Positions 50,732-60,939 of a stretch of DNA of 64,000 nucleotides are shown here, in pieces. The stretch covers positions 25,721-89,720 of the forward strand of contig JAQVVF010000003.1 of the NCBI GenBank assembly GCA_028699085.1, read 5' to 3'. Every line of letters starts with the position of its first letter. The first letter of the stretch is position 1. The notes under the pieces are model-generated. The model searched no databases. It saw only the letters and a list, made by a program, of their open reading frames with translations, and was not told the origin of the DNA. A program made the position numbers and the translations under genes. Source of the stretch: Patescibacteria group bacterium (GTDB lineage Bacteria > Patescibacteriota > JABMPQ01 > JAQVVF01).

Positions 50732-50797
50732 GAATCTAAAATAACATAGAAAACATGTTTTTTCAACTTTGCCTTCAATGATATAAACAAAAATTAA

Positions 50798-50834
50798 TCC
50801 AAAAAAATACGGCTAGACAAAATCTAGCCGTATT
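50798..50834 (-). terminator. Intrinsic terminator for the 50875..52857 gene. On the minus strand it reads ATACGGCTAGA-tttt-GTCTAGCCGTAT followed by T7.
   Basis: An 11-12-bp stem followed by a T-run on the minus strand. Confidence 0.65.
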
Positions 50835-50874
50835 TGTAATATTTGTGGCCTTAAGGCATTCGTGAGATTCGCAA

Positions 50875-52857
50875 TTACTTCACGCCAATCGTAAACAAAG
50901 TATCTTTCTGTTTAAAATATCTAATATCAGTCGCAAAAGTATTCTTCTTGGTATTTTGTTTCGTATTAGTAATCAACTTTAACCTATTAGCATTATACCA
51001 AGTTTTTGTGCCTTTGTCATAAAATTTCAACCACAACTTTTTCTCTGCCTGTTTTTTAGTTAGCTTCTTCAAATCAGAATTTTTTAATCTTAATCTGTTT
51101 GATAATTTTTGAGTGTAATAGAATTTTACTTTGACTCTGAACATCTTTTTTTGATATTTTTCTACTTTGTTTTTGTATGACTTCGATGTTTCATCGCTAC
51201 AAGCTGGATTATAATAGCAAGTTACATAATTGCTTTCTGCCTTTATTAATTTGCTTCTCGATTTTTTATGATAGCTATATAAATTCGTTTTAATTTTCCA
51301 ATATCTTTTTATTGCTTGCTTTTTTACATTTGCATAGTTTTTTGCATATTTTTTGTATCTGTATGTTTGCATCCAATAATTCTCTGAATTATTAGGCAGT
51401 TTTTTCCAGATATATGATAAATCATAGTTAACTACCTCAACATCTTCCTGCGGAATTACTTTGTCTGATGAATTATCATCAGTTGAAGTTAAAGTAGTTG
51501 ACGATACATTTCCAGCCCAATCTGAGACTCTGAAATATACAGTTTTAACTGTTGAGCCTGAAGCATTATGAATACCAGTCAAAGTTGCTGAAGTCAATGC
51601 TGTTCCTGCTGTCAAAGGATCGCAAGTATTGCTTTCATCAATACAATAATATTTAGCTCCACCCATTTTTGCATAATCAGATGCTGACAGGTTGTAGCTG
51701 AATTGATCGCCTGATTTGCCAGTTAATGCGACTGTTGCTGTTGGAACAACGCTATCAAGTAAAACGAAATTAGTATTCTGGCTAGCAGTATTGTAATAAG
51801 CAATAAAATCGTTATTATTGCCATGAGCAATTGAATTCAGAGTTGAATTCTCCATTCCGACTATTGAAGAAATAATTCCTGAAGCGCTATTATATGCATA
51901 ACCTAAATAATTATTGCCAAAATAATAGTGTGAAAGATGTTCATAATTTTGGCTATCCAAGGCAATTGATGGAGAAAAACCAGGATATCCTCCAGTAGAT
52001 GATACATAGGCAGAAGATGTAAACCCTGAAAGATTACCACTTGCTACTTGCAAAGAAGAACTACTAACATCAACATATGTGTATGCAATCTTAACAACAT
52101 CATCACTTCCTACTGAAATTGAATTTCCGTAATAATTTCCCCCTGCAGCTGTAACAATACCAGACAATGTGCCATTTGCATAATTTACAGCATATTTTGT
52201 AGATAAATTAGTTCTGTCAGAATAAGAAACATGAATATTATCCTGCAAATCAACAGCTGATGATATATCATAAATATTACCTGCCAAAAGTGTTCCAACA
52301 ACCCAATTAGAACCAGTCCAATGAGCATATTTCAATCGATTATCAGTATCGCCTGCATGATACTGATAATAAATATGTGGAGTACCATCAGATCTCAATA
52401 CCATTGAAGTCTGCAAACCAGTATCTCCAGTTGTATCAATTGCCTCCTGCCCAGCCCACAAATCATTACTCTTTTTCACATATCTTAAATCACCATTATA
52501 ATAATAACTAATATGAACATCATCGTTGCTCTTATTAATAGCGATTGAACAATATTTACCATATCCAGAACCAATTTCTTTAAATAAAGAATCAGTTGCC
52601 CAAAAACTTCCATTCCAATAGATATGGCGCAAACCAGAAATAGTAGTACCACCAACTTCTTCATAATAAGCACAAATATGCGGATAATCATTACTATCAA
52701 GTGTTATAGAACGATCTCCTTTATAATTTCCCCCATAACTCATAATATTTCTAAAAAATACTTTTCCGCTTTCATTTGTTTGCGTATAAGCTTGCGCAAA
52801 TTGAAAACACAATAAACTAAAAAATACGACTAAAAAACTTGTTAATGCTTTCTTCAT
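50875..52857 (-). CDS. Secreted protein with an N-terminal beta-propeller-like region and the C-terminal lysine-rich module (family member C)
   Basis: The signal peptide is MKKALTSFLVVFFSLLCFQFAQA. The C-terminus reads WKKLPNNSENYWMQTYRYKKYAKNY...KRYWKIKTNL...FRVKVKFYYTQK. Confidence 0.65.
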   Translation of the reverse strand: MKKALTSFLVVFFSLLCFQFAQAYTQTNESGKVFFRNIMSYGGNYKGDRSITLDSNDYPHICAYYEEVGGTTISGLRHIYWNGSFWATDSLFKEIGSGYGKYCSIAINKSNDDVHISYYYNGDLRYVKKSNDLWAGQEAIDTTGDTGLQTSMVLRSDGTPHIYYQYHAGDTDNRLKYAHWTGSNWVVGTLLAGNIYDISSAVDLQDNIHVSYSDRTNLSTKYAVNYANGTLSGIVTAAGGNYYGNSISVGSDDVVKIAYTYVDVSSSSLQVASGNLSGFTSSAYVSSTGGYPGFSPSIALDSQNYEHLSHYYFGNNYLGYAYNSASGIISSIVGMENSTLNSIAHGNNNDFIAYYNTASQNTNFVLLDSVVPTATVALTGKSGDQFSYNLSASDYAKMGGAKYYCIDESNTCDPLTAGTALTSATLTGIHNASGSTVKTVYFRVSDWAGNVSSTTLTSTDDNSSDKVIPQEDVEVVNYDLSYIWKKLPNNSENYWMQTYRYKKYAKNYANVKKQAIKRYWKIKTNLYSYHKKSRSKLIKAESNYVTCYYNPACSDETSKSYKNKVEKYQKKMFRVKVKFYYTQKLSNRLRLKNSDLKKLTKKQAEKKLWLKFYDKGTKTWYNANRLKLITNTKQNTKKNTFATDIRYFKQKDTLFTIGVK

Positions 52858-52921
52858 TTTTTTATTTTATTTTTTATTAAAAATTTTATTAAATATATTA
52901 TAACACAAAATAATTTCAAAT

Positions 52922-54076
52922 CTAATTGATCTTTGCTACAACATTATAAAAAATCTGATACGCAATTCCTCCGCCAAAAATAATATACAAAATATAAATT
53001 AAAAATTTTGGTATTTTCAATGAATAAGCGGGCTTTAATTGTCCTTTTTTCTTTGCTTTCAAAAACATTCTCAAGATCATAATGCCTTGTAAACCGCCAG
53101 TCACTGTCCCTACTATCTCAATGACTGAAATAAAACTTCTTGCTCCCAAAAGAAAGATAATCAATGGTACAGAAACAACAATCAACCAAGAAACAAAATT
53201 ATTTATCTTATAATCAAATTTAAACATGTCCTTTAAAGACAATCCTAAACTAAAAAAAGAAGTTGCCACAGTCAAAACACCCAAAACCGCACCCATTATT
53301 ACCACTTTTCTACCCAATATTTTGCTGACACCTACGATTGCTTCTTCACTTGTTTGACCACCAGAAATTCCAACAATTGTTAAAGTAAAAAACAAATAAA
53401 CAATCAGAGAAATCAACATACCGCCAATAATTGCCATCTTTAATCTTTTCCTATTTTTTACCAATAGATCTGCCATTCTTGGTACGATAGAAGCACCTTC
53501 AAAAGAAAACAAAATTACTCCATATGGCAAAAACAAAAATGACCAAGAAAAACCACCTAAATTAGTATAATTAATTTCTTTAGCTCCTACAATAAATATC
53601 AATCCTACTATTATCAACAATAAAACAACAGAAATGTTTTCCAATTTTTTAATAACCTTCAAACCAAAAAGAATTGCAAAACTCGCCAATAAATAAAAAA
53701 TAACAGAATATATAAACGAAGTACCTCCAAAGTATTGTTTTAAGATAATTGACAAAAAATTACCTATCCCAATTGTATACGCCAAAAGAGCTCCAAAAAC
53801 TCCAAATATCATCGAAAAGGAAATTACTCTCTCTCCCCATTTGCCAGCATATCTCTTTGCATATCCAACCATTTGATGTCTCCCTTTTGTTCTTAACACA
53901 ATCTCACCAAAAGCTAGAGTCACAATACAAACCATCAAACCTAAAAATATCAAATATATAATGCCAATTAAAAAACCAACCTTCGAAACTACATAAGGAA
54001 TACCAAACATACCAGCTCCGATAATCGTTCCGACAAGTATCGCTACAGCACTAAAAAAATTACCTTGTATTTTCAT
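52922..54076 (-). CDS. Amino acid permease, HAAAP/aromatic-amino-acid permease-like, with about 11 TM helices
   Basis: It starts MKIQGNFFSAVAILVGTIIGAGMFGIPYVVSKVG..., typical of Mtr/TnaB/TyrP/SdaC-type transporters. 384 aa. Confidence 0.5.
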   Translation of the reverse strand: MKIQGNFFSAVAILVGTIIGAGMFGIPYVVSKVGFLIGIIYLIFLGLMVCIVTLAFGEIVLRTKGRHQMVGYAKRYAGKWGERVISFSMIFGVFGALLAYTIGIGNFLSIILKQYFGGTSFIYSVIFYLLASFAILFGLKVIKKLENISVVLLLIIVGLIFIVGAKEINYTNLGGFSWSFLFLPYGVILFSFEGASIVPRMADLLVKNRKRLKMAIIGGMLISLIVYLFFTLTIVGISGGQTSEEAIVGVSKILGRKVVIMGAVLGVLTVATSFFSLGLSLKDMFKFDYKINNFVSWLIVVSVPLIIFLLGARSFISVIEIVGTVTGGLQGIMILRMFLKAKKKGQLKPAYSLKIPKFLIYILYIIFGGGIAYQIFYNVVAKIN

Positions 54077-54093
54077 CTAATTTAATAAACACA

Positions 54094-55026
54094 TTATAAT
54101 TTTCGAAAAAAAATTTCTGTCGCAACGAAAACAAAATAAAACAATAACAAAAAAAATGCTTCTCTCTTCGTTAATATTCTTTCTGTCTTCATAAAAATAA
54201 ACAACAATATCATTGCAAACAACATAAAAAATCCAGTCACAAATATTAATCTAGCATCAAAGCTAAAAGGCATAATAACAACAGTTATTCCTAATACTAT
54301 TGTCGCATCAGTTATAACGGTTCCCAATATATCTCCCAAAGCCAATCCTTCTGCTTTGTTTCGCACTGCTTTAATCGAAAAAAATAATTCTGGCAAAGTA
54401 GTTCCTAAAGCTACAAAAAACATTCCAATAATTATTGGATTAATTTTAAAACCATTTGCTAACAATATCCCAAATTTCACTGTAAAATTTGAAGCAACTA
54501 ACAAAAATAATAAACTTATAATTAAAAAAAATAAGTTCTTATACGAAAAATTATAGCTTACTTTTTTATTTTTTTTCGTGCTCTTTTTAAAAATTAAAAT
54601 ATAAAATAACAATCCAGACAAAATCAACAATACTCCCTCCCAGCGAGCATAATATCCATTTAAACCAAAAAACAAAGGAATTAATATTATAAAAATATAT
54701 TTAAGATTATCTTTCAAAATTTTACTTTCTACCTTCACGCCTTTTTTCGAAAAGAAAACTACTATAGCAATTATTAAAGACAAATCCGCAACATTCGATC
54801 CAAACAAGGTACCTAAACCAAAAGCAGGTATGCCTTGTATAGCAGAAGAAACAGAAACCAATAATTCCGGCAATACAGATACTGCTGCCACTACTAAAAA
54901 ACCCAAAATATATTTTGAAAATCTAAAACTGCTAGCAACATTAGAAGAATACTTTATTGCCATATCAGCACTCTTAATTACCACAAACAATGAAAATAAA
55001 AAAACTAATCCATAGGTTATCACCAT
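54094..55026 (-). CDS. Ca2+/cation antiporter (CaCA family, YrbG-like Na+/Ca2+ exchanger)
   Basis: It has two alpha-repeats: SVLPELLVSVSSAIQG...GTLFGSNVADLSLII and GTTLPELFFSIKAVRNKAEGLALGDILGTVITDATIVLGI. About 10 TM helices. Confidence 0.7.
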   Translation of the reverse strand: MVITYGLVFLFSLFVVIKSADMAIKYSSNVASSFRFSKYILGFLVVAAVSVLPELLVSVSSAIQGIPAFGLGTLFGSNVADLSLIIAIVVFFSKKGVKVESKILKDNLKYIFIILIPLFFGLNGYYARWEGVLLILSGLLFYILIFKKSTKKNKKVSYNFSYKNLFFLIISLLFLLVASNFTVKFGILLANGFKINPIIIGMFFVALGTTLPELFFSIKAVRNKAEGLALGDILGTVITDATIVLGITVVIMPFSFDARLIFVTGFFMLFAMILLFIFMKTERILTKREAFFLLLFYFVFVATEIFFRKL

Positions 55027-55051
55027 AAAAATGACTTAAATAATAACTTAT

Positions 55052-55291
55052 CTATTTCCAAAATTCCCACCACTTTTTTTGTGTCTGTTCCTCTTTTTTA
55101 AATTCCTTCTCTCTCATCTTTTCTGCGATATCTTCCTGCTCATCAGGTCGTAAATTCAATTTATTTTCTCCATTCATTTCTTTGCGTTGTTTATCAATCG
55201 TTTTTTCTTGCATTCTGTTTGCAAAACCAGATTCTCGCGCATTTTCTCGCGTTTTTTCCACTCGATCAAAAGGATTTTGTTGGTCTACCAT
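55052..55291 (-). CDS. Hypothetical small charged protein, 79 aa
   Basis: A short ORF between a transporter gene and the GH18-like gene, with no motif. It could be spurious. Confidence 0.3.
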   Translation of the reverse strand: MVDQQNPFDRVEKTRENARESGFANRMQEKTIDKQRKEMNGENKLNLRPDEQEDIAEKMREKEFKKEEQTQKKWWEFWK

Positions 55292-55309
55292 AAAATTAAA
55301 ATTATTTTT

Positions 55310-57112
55310 TTAAACTGCACTAATTGCAAACATATTATTTTTCCAATCAAAATTTTCAATCCAAATTCTAAATTTCTTTTCCTTTCTTAAATATACTGCT
55401 GGCATTGTCTGCCAAGACCTACTATTATAATTATAAAATTTTAATTTCAAATCTTTTTTCTTCAATCCATGCAATAATTTATTTCTAAACTTAAAAACCA
55501 TTTTAATTTTAAATTTTCTATCACTTTTTATTTTGTTTAAATTTGATTCTATTCGCCAATAGCCCTTTAATGTTTTAGACTTTTCTAAACCACTCGGTTT
55601 TTTTGCAATTCTCGTTATTTTAAACCAATAATCAGTTGGCTTGCTAGGTAATTTTTTGAATTTAAAATCCAATAATTTTCCTTGTAAATTAAGATTTTTT
55701 AATCCTTTTCTTAAATCAAATTTTTTATCATTATAAATGATATTATAATTTTCCGTTCTGACAATTTCCTGATTTCCCAAATTATCAATTGAAAAGAACT
55801 TCAATACTTTATCATTAAAAATTCGAAACGGACTTGAATATTTTGTTGAACTAATAGTTGGAGTTGAACCATCAAGAGTATAATAAATCCCAGAAATTCC
55901 ATCACTATCAGTTGCAGTTAAAACAATCTTTTTATATTTTTTATAATCTCCTCCAGCAGGTGTTGCTATGGTTCTTGGTTCAAGAAAATTTTCTGAAATT
56001 TTATCCCACAATTCAGTATATGTCCCATCATATCCCAAGGCCCAAATCCCAATGCCTAACAAGTTATTATCATTCACTAAATCATACTTGTATTGCAAAC
56101 TTTCGGCATCTTCATACCAAGTCTGCTGAAAACTGCCATATTTATAATACGGCGTTTTCGAATCATTGTCCCAAATTCTCGAATAGTTTAATAATGCTAA
56201 CCTATTTTCAGCATAAGTTTTTGCCTCACCATCAGCAGTTGTATTTGCTGGAATAATATCCGCTGTAACTGGCCAATCATAGCCATAATATGGCACTCCT
56301 AAAATTAATTTTTGTCGATTAGTATTTGTTAAATTAAAATAAGTATCCAAAGTACTTTTCACATTATAATTGCCCCAAGTGCTACTATCATCATATGGCG
56401 AAATCGGCCCAGCTTCTGGACCTGTTTGCCAATGATAATCATAAGCCATGATCATTAATCCATCTGAATTTTGTGCCAAGGAATTTTCATCAAAAGAATT
56501 TGACCAATCAACTGCTGGCACATCAATTGCAATATGATAAGAAGAATTGGAAGCTTTAAAAGCATTATTTAAATCAGTAATAAAAGTAGTCAAATTTTCT
56601 TTCATCGAAGAATCAACATTTTCAAAATCAATATTTACTCCATCAGCAGATGTGTTTTTAACTTCATTCAATAAATTATTAATTAAATTATTTCTGTTTG
56701 TCGCGCTTGATAATAAAGTTGAAAGATCTGATGCATTAAAATTTTGTGCTGTTAAAACTACCTTAACGCCATTTTGATGAGCCAAATCCAACAACGTATT
56801 ATTCGGCCAACCATGTTTATCACCTAGACTTCCATTGCCATTAACTTCAATCGAAAAATAAGCAACATGAGTCAATAAATCCCATTGAAAATTAGTATAC
56901 GCATCTCCCATCCAATATGGATAAAAACCATAAACAACCTTAGATACGCTTGGCGTTGAACTTATGCTTCCATGGCTAACAATTCCAACATTATCTTGCA
57001 CTTTGTAGTCTCTATTTTTTTCCAATTCGATTTGATGGATACTTTTTCCGAAAACAAAATTTCCAGAAAACAGAAATGAACAAACAATTAATAGATAAAA
57101 TATTTTTTTCAT
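55310..57112 (-). CDS. Secreted glycoside hydrolase family 18-like protein with the C-terminal lysine-rich module (family member D)
   Basis: There is a signal peptide. GH18 motifs are VVYGFYPYW, DGVNIDFE (the DxxDxDxE catalytic motif with the Glu present) and MAYDYHW. The C-terminus reads FKKLPSKPTDYWFKITRIAKKPSGL...LKGYWRIESNL...FKIKMVFKF. Confidence 0.7.
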   Translation of the reverse strand: MKKIFYLLIVCSFLFSGNFVFGKSIHQIELEKNRDYKVQDNVGIVSHGSISSTPSVSKVVYGFYPYWMGDAYTNFQWDLLTHVAYFSIEVNGNGSLGDKHGWPNNTLLDLAHQNGVKVVLTAQNFNASDLSTLLSSATNRNNLINNLLNEVKNTSADGVNIDFENVDSSMKENLTTFITDLNNAFKASNSSYHIAIDVPAVDWSNSFDENSLAQNSDGLMIMAYDYHWQTGPEAGPISPYDDSSTWGNYNVKSTLDTYFNLTNTNRQKLILGVPYYGYDWPVTADIIPANTTADGEAKTYAENRLALLNYSRIWDNDSKTPYYKYGSFQQTWYEDAESLQYKYDLVNDNNLLGIGIWALGYDGTYTELWDKISENFLEPRTIATPAGGDYKKYKKIVLTATDSDGISGIYYTLDGSTPTISSTKYSSPFRIFNDKVLKFFSIDNLGNQEIVRTENYNIIYNDKKFDLRKGLKNLNLQGKLLDFKFKKLPSKPTDYWFKITRIAKKPSGLEKSKTLKGYWRIESNLNKIKSDRKFKIKMVFKFRNKLLHGLKKKDLKLKFYNYNSRSWQTMPAVYLRKEKKFRIWIENFDWKNNMFAISAV

Positions 57113-57122
57113 TATATATATT

Positions 57123-59090
57123 TTATTTTTCCGCTATCACAAACCAATTTTTCATCTTCGAAAACAATCTAATATCTGATACTAATAGATTCTTATTTTT
57201 TTTCAAAATCGTTTTATCTTTCTTTTTCCAATAATTAACATAGCTTTCTTGTTTTGAATATAAGACTAAATTCTTTTCTTTTATTCCAGCTTTTTTAATT
57301 TTCTTGCTTTTGTATGGAAAATAAATTTTTACTCGATATTTTCCTGCTGTTTTTTTGTACAAATTTGTCCTCAATTTCCAAAAATATTTTAATGATTTTT
57401 CATTCTTTAAAAAATTAGGCTTTTTTTTCACTTTATCAATTTGCATCCACATCTTTGTTGGATTGTCTGGCAAATCTAAAAATTTTATTCCAATGCCAGT
57501 TCTGCTCGAAACATATTTTGTTCCCAAAGAATCATCATTGAATCTTATATAATTATCAAAGGTTTTCACTGCAATTTTAGAAAATAATCCTACACTTGCT
57601 TCCGGCTCAATTTCCGTATATTTCCTTTCTCCAAAAGTTTTAACTAACCAATCACTATCAGAAGTTCCAGTTGAAAAACCAACTAATGCGAAATCATCAT
57701 TCTCATTAAAATCTATTCCAAAATACGTTTCATTATTACTTTCATTTTCCAGTAATGAATAAAGCAAATTACCATTGCTATCATATTTTCTAAGTGATAG
57801 ATCATTGCCACTTGCAACTTTAGAATCACCAACTAAAATTACTTGATTCAAGGAATTTATTGCCAAACCATACAAATAATCATTTCCTAATTCACTATCA
57901 AATAATCTATCCCATACTAAATTTCCTTCAGAATCAACTTTCCTTAACAACCAATTATTATCAGTCTCATTATAATATCCGCCTAAATAAATATTATTAT
58001 TTGAATCAACTTCTACTGCTCTAAAATAATTTGCTGTTCCTTTTTCATAACTCGTATTCCAATCTTCCACCAAATTATTAGTATATTTAATGGTATAAAA
58101 TTCTAAGCTCTCATCAGTTGCTCTATTTCCAGTAGCAATAATATTATTTTCTGAATCAACTGCTAAATCATACAAAATATCATCACCTAAAGCTGAATCG
58201 TAATCTTGATCAGTAATAATATTTCCATCTGCATCGTATTTTCTTAGATACCAATTTTTAGTTCCGCTTGTCCTATAGCCTCCAGCAATAACATTATCAT
58301 CGTTATCGACAATTACTGCATTTGCTTCATCATTTCCTCCAGAATCATAAGTCTTGCTCCACAAAATATTGCCATCACTATCGTATTTTCTAATATACCA
58401 GTCTTTATCACCAAGCGCTTCAGAATAACCAATTGCAATAATATTATCAAAACTATCAATTGCTAAATCTTTAACCTCGCCATTATCAAAATCAAAAGTT
58501 TCTGACCAAATTGATTCTCCATCTTCACTATATTTTTCTAATAACCAATCATAACCACCAGTTTCGTTTGCATAATTTCCCGCCACAACCAAATCGTTAG
58601 TTGACAAAAATTTTACGCTTTTTGCTTGATCATGACCGTTTTCACTATCATAATTTTTAACAAAAAAATTAACTGGCTCTAATTCCATAGTTTGATCAAA
58701 AGAACTAGCAGATTGCGCTTCTGAATTTCCAAAATATAGATAAATGTTTTTAATACTTTCAGCCAAAAGTTCCGGAACTTCTACCCAAATCGTTGCCAAA
58801 TTTTCTTCATAATCAAAACTTTTCAACCAAAAATCAAGCGAGGTTGAATCATTTGAATCAACGAATCTAATATCTGATCCATCACTTTTTATTCTTGACC
58901 AAAAATCAGTCTGTTCTTCATCTAAAACTATTTTTATTTGATGATTGCTTAGGTTTTCTGAATTCAAAGTATTATCCAATTCAATTGGCAAGCGATAATC
59001 ATAATCATTACTATACCAAGCCTTGGCATCTGAATTAAAAATAACAAAATAACCAAATAACAAAATTATGCCAATAAAAAATCGTTTCAT
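57123..59090 (-). CDS. Secreted beta-propeller repeat protein (SBBP-like repeats) with the C-terminal lysine-rich module (family member E)
   Basis: There is a signal peptide. It carries at least six repeats of the form DWY(I/L)RKYDSDGNxxW...D.G.D.A..V..D.DNN(I/V)I..GY. The C-terminus reads LDLPDNPTKMWMQIDKVKKKPNFL...LKYFWKLRTNL...YRVKIYFPY. Confidence 0.65.
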   Translation of the reverse strand: MKRFFIGIILLFGYFVIFNSDAKAWYSNDYDYRLPIELDNTLNSENLSNHQIKIVLDEEQTDFWSRIKSDGSDIRFVDSNDSTSLDFWLKSFDYEENLATIWVEVPELLAESIKNIYLYFGNSEAQSASSFDQTMELEPVNFFVKNYDSENGHDQAKSVKFLSTNDLVVAGNYANETGGYDWLLEKYSEDGESIWSETFDFDNGEVKDLAIDSFDNIIAIGYSEALGDKDWYIRKYDSDGNILWSKTYDSGGNDEANAVIVDNDDNVIAGGYRTSGTKNWYLRKYDADGNIITDQDYDSALGDDILYDLAVDSENNIIATGNRATDESLEFYTIKYTNNLVEDWNTSYEKGTANYFRAVEVDSNNNIYLGGYYNETDNNWLLRKVDSEGNLVWDRLFDSELGNDYLYGLAINSLNQVILVGDSKVASGNDLSLRKYDSNGNLLYSLLENESNNETYFGIDFNENDDFALVGFSTGTSDSDWLVKTFGERKYTEIEPEASVGLFSKIAVKTFDNYIRFNDDSLGTKYVSSRTGIGIKFLDLPDNPTKMWMQIDKVKKKPNFLKNEKSLKYFWKLRTNLYKKTAGKYRVKIYFPYKSKKIKKAGIKEKNLVLYSKQESYVNYWKKKDKTILKKNKNLLVSDIRLFSKMKNWFVIAEK

Positions 59091-59145
59091 TTTAGTTTTT
59101 ATTTTAAAATACTTATTCGAAAATTAATTCTTTTTATTCGAAAAA

Positions 59146-59607
59146 TTATTCAAGAGTTTTCAATATTTCAACTGCATTTTCCACGATCTTTTCCATATTC
59201 TTGTAGCTCGTCATTTCGCTCAATTCTTTCACACTTACCCATTTTAATTCTGCAATTCCTTCTGCATCTTGTAGCTCAATATTAACATCTTCTTGAGCTT
59301 CCATCAAATACCAATAAACCACTTTATGTATCAAATCCTTGCCTCCTGGCTTACCTTTAGAATCTGCTTTAAACCAATAGTCCATTTCACCAAGTTTTTC
59401 CTTTAATTTCAGCCCATACATGCCTGTTTCTTCAGCAACTTCTCTTAAAGCTGCCCTTTCAACTCTCTCGCCTTCTTCAACATGACCTTTTGCAAAAGTC
59501 CATTTGTTAAAAGGATCCAAAATCAAGGCAATTCTAATGCCTTCTTTCGTTTTTTTAAAAACAATGCCACCAGCTGAAAATTCTAGTTTTGTTGACATAT
59601 AAAACAT
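59146..59607 (-). CDS. NUDIX hydrolase
   Basis: The Nudix box is GHVEEGERVERAALREVAEETG (G-x5-E-x7-REVxEExG). 153 aa. Confidence 0.8.
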   Translation of the reverse strand: MFYMSTKLEFSAGGIVFKKTKEGIRIALILDPFNKWTFAKGHVEEGERVERAALREVAEETGMYGLKLKEKLGEMDYWFKADSKGKPGGKDLIHKVVYWYLMEAQEDVNIELQDAEGIAELKWVSVKELSEMTSYKNMEKIVENAVEILKTLE

Positions 59608-59695
59608 TATAACAGAAATTTTCTATATAAAAAAGACTGCAGATTAGTCCTTTTTACTTTTACCCTGCAACTTTTACCTTTTCAATTTTGACTTT

Positions 59696-60250
59696 TTACT
59701 TCTCACGTATCTTCACATCATATAGAATCTCTTCTAATCTTTTCAAATTTCTCTTCGCTTCATCGAACTTTACTCTCAATTTTCCAGTCAAATCAAATTT
59801 AATTAATTCGCCAACAACATCATCAATTCCTTGCTTATAATCAGAAATTTTTTCTGCCTCGCCTTTTGTTACCAAAATTACTGCCATTCTCACCATCTCT
59901 CCAGTCAAATCACAAATTCCAGAAATCATTGTTTCAAAACCGAATTTCAATTCTGATTTAAAATCAATATCGCCACTCTTCAAAAATTCAAAAAACATTT
60001 TTGCTTCTACAAATTCTTCTGCAGCTTCATAATATGCACCAACACCAGACGAATTGCCCAAAGATATTAATTTCTGTTCTGTGCTAGTTAAAACTTCTTC
60101 AGCCTTTTTTAAATCATCACGATGCATTAAAAAAATCGCCTGTTTTGACATTTTTAAAACAACTCTTGCTTCACCAATAATTTTTTCGCGCATTAAACTA
60201 TGTTCCTGATTTTCCACCAATAATTTTTCAAATAATTCTTTGTTTAACAT
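59696..60250 (-). CDS. Hypothetical protein, all-alpha by composition, 184 aa
   Basis: No confident family. A translin-like or PhoU-like helical bundle is possible but not demonstrable from the sequence. Confidence 0.4.
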   Translation of the reverse strand: MLNKELFEKLLVENQEHSLMREKIIGEARVVLKMSKQAIFLMHRDDLKKAEEVLTSTEQKLISLGNSSGVGAYYEAAEEFVEAKMFFEFLKSGDIDFKSELKFGFETMISGICDLTGEMVRMAVILVTKGEAEKISDYKQGIDDVVGELIKFDLTGKLRVKFDEAKRNLKRLEEILYDVKIREK

Positions 60251-60299
60251 ATATTTTTTTACTTTTAAATTGTAACTTTTGAATTTTTACTTTTTACTT

Positions 60300-60836
60300 T
60301 TACCTTATCGAATATTCACATCCACAATATTTTTGTCGATAAATTCCATTCTCCTTACACAATACAATGCTTCGCTTATATAATGCTGAGAAATCTTCTT
60401 CCAAAAATTTAACTCCATATTTTTTCTCTAATTCAAGGCCAATTCTATTTGTCATCATTGTATTCTTATATGGTGAAATAGACAAGGTTGTTCCAAAAAT
60501 ATCAAAAGAATGCTGCACTGCAAAAATTGCTGTTTTTTCTAATCTTATTTTTATACAAACCTCGCATCTTTTTCCGCCTTCTTTTTCCTTTTCTAATCCT
60601 TTAATTTTTTCCTGCCAATTCTTAACATTATATTTTTCAACTTTTAAATTATTTTTTTTTAATTTAATCAATTTTTCTAGATTCTCTAATCTCAGATTAT
60701 ATTCGCTTTCTGGATATATATTTGGATTATAAAAATAACCAGTCACATCATATTCTGGCATTATTTTTTCCAATACTGCACTCACACACGGAGCACAACA
60801 AATATGTAATAATAGTCTATCTATCATGTCTTCCAA
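60300..60836 (-). CDS. queH: Epoxyqueuosine reductase QueH (DUF208)
   Basis: The N-terminal motif is LLLHICCAPC. Further Cys residues (CEVC, CGC) fit the QueH Fe-S ligands. 178 aa. Confidence 0.8.
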   Translation of the reverse strand: MEDMIDRLLLHICCAPCVSAVLEKIMPEYDVTGYFYNPNIYPESEYNLRLENLEKLIKLKKNNLKVEKYNVKNWQEKIKGLEKEKEGGKRCEVCIKIRLEKTAIFAVQHSFDIFGTTLSISPYKNTMMTNRIGLELEKKYGVKFLEEDFSALYKRSIVLCKENGIYRQKYCGCEYSIR

Positions 60837-60871
60837 TTTTAAATTTTTTTTAGTATTTTGTCAATCTTGAC

Positions 60872-60900
60872 ATTTTTTCACAACAATCCTATACTCTTGA
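60872..60900 (+). promoter_or_regulatory. Sigma-70 promoter (TTGACA, 17-nt spacer, TATACT) overlapping a small palindrome TGTCAAtcTTGACA
   Basis: It lies upstream of the lipoprotein gene 60940..61452. The 5'UTR carries a strong AAGGAGG Shine-Dalgarno sequence. Confidence 0.5.
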
Positions 60901-60939
60901 AAACCTGCAAGATGCTCTCTCACAACCAAGGAGGAAGGC

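Noticed and set aside
3286-59090. LPxxx strings in the lysine-rich module read as sortase LPXTG sorting signals
   Set aside because: Position 5 is never Gly (LPDSA, LPTKL, LPNNS, LPSKP, LPDNP). No hydrophobic segment or charged tail follows. In one protein the module is internal. This is not a sortase signal.
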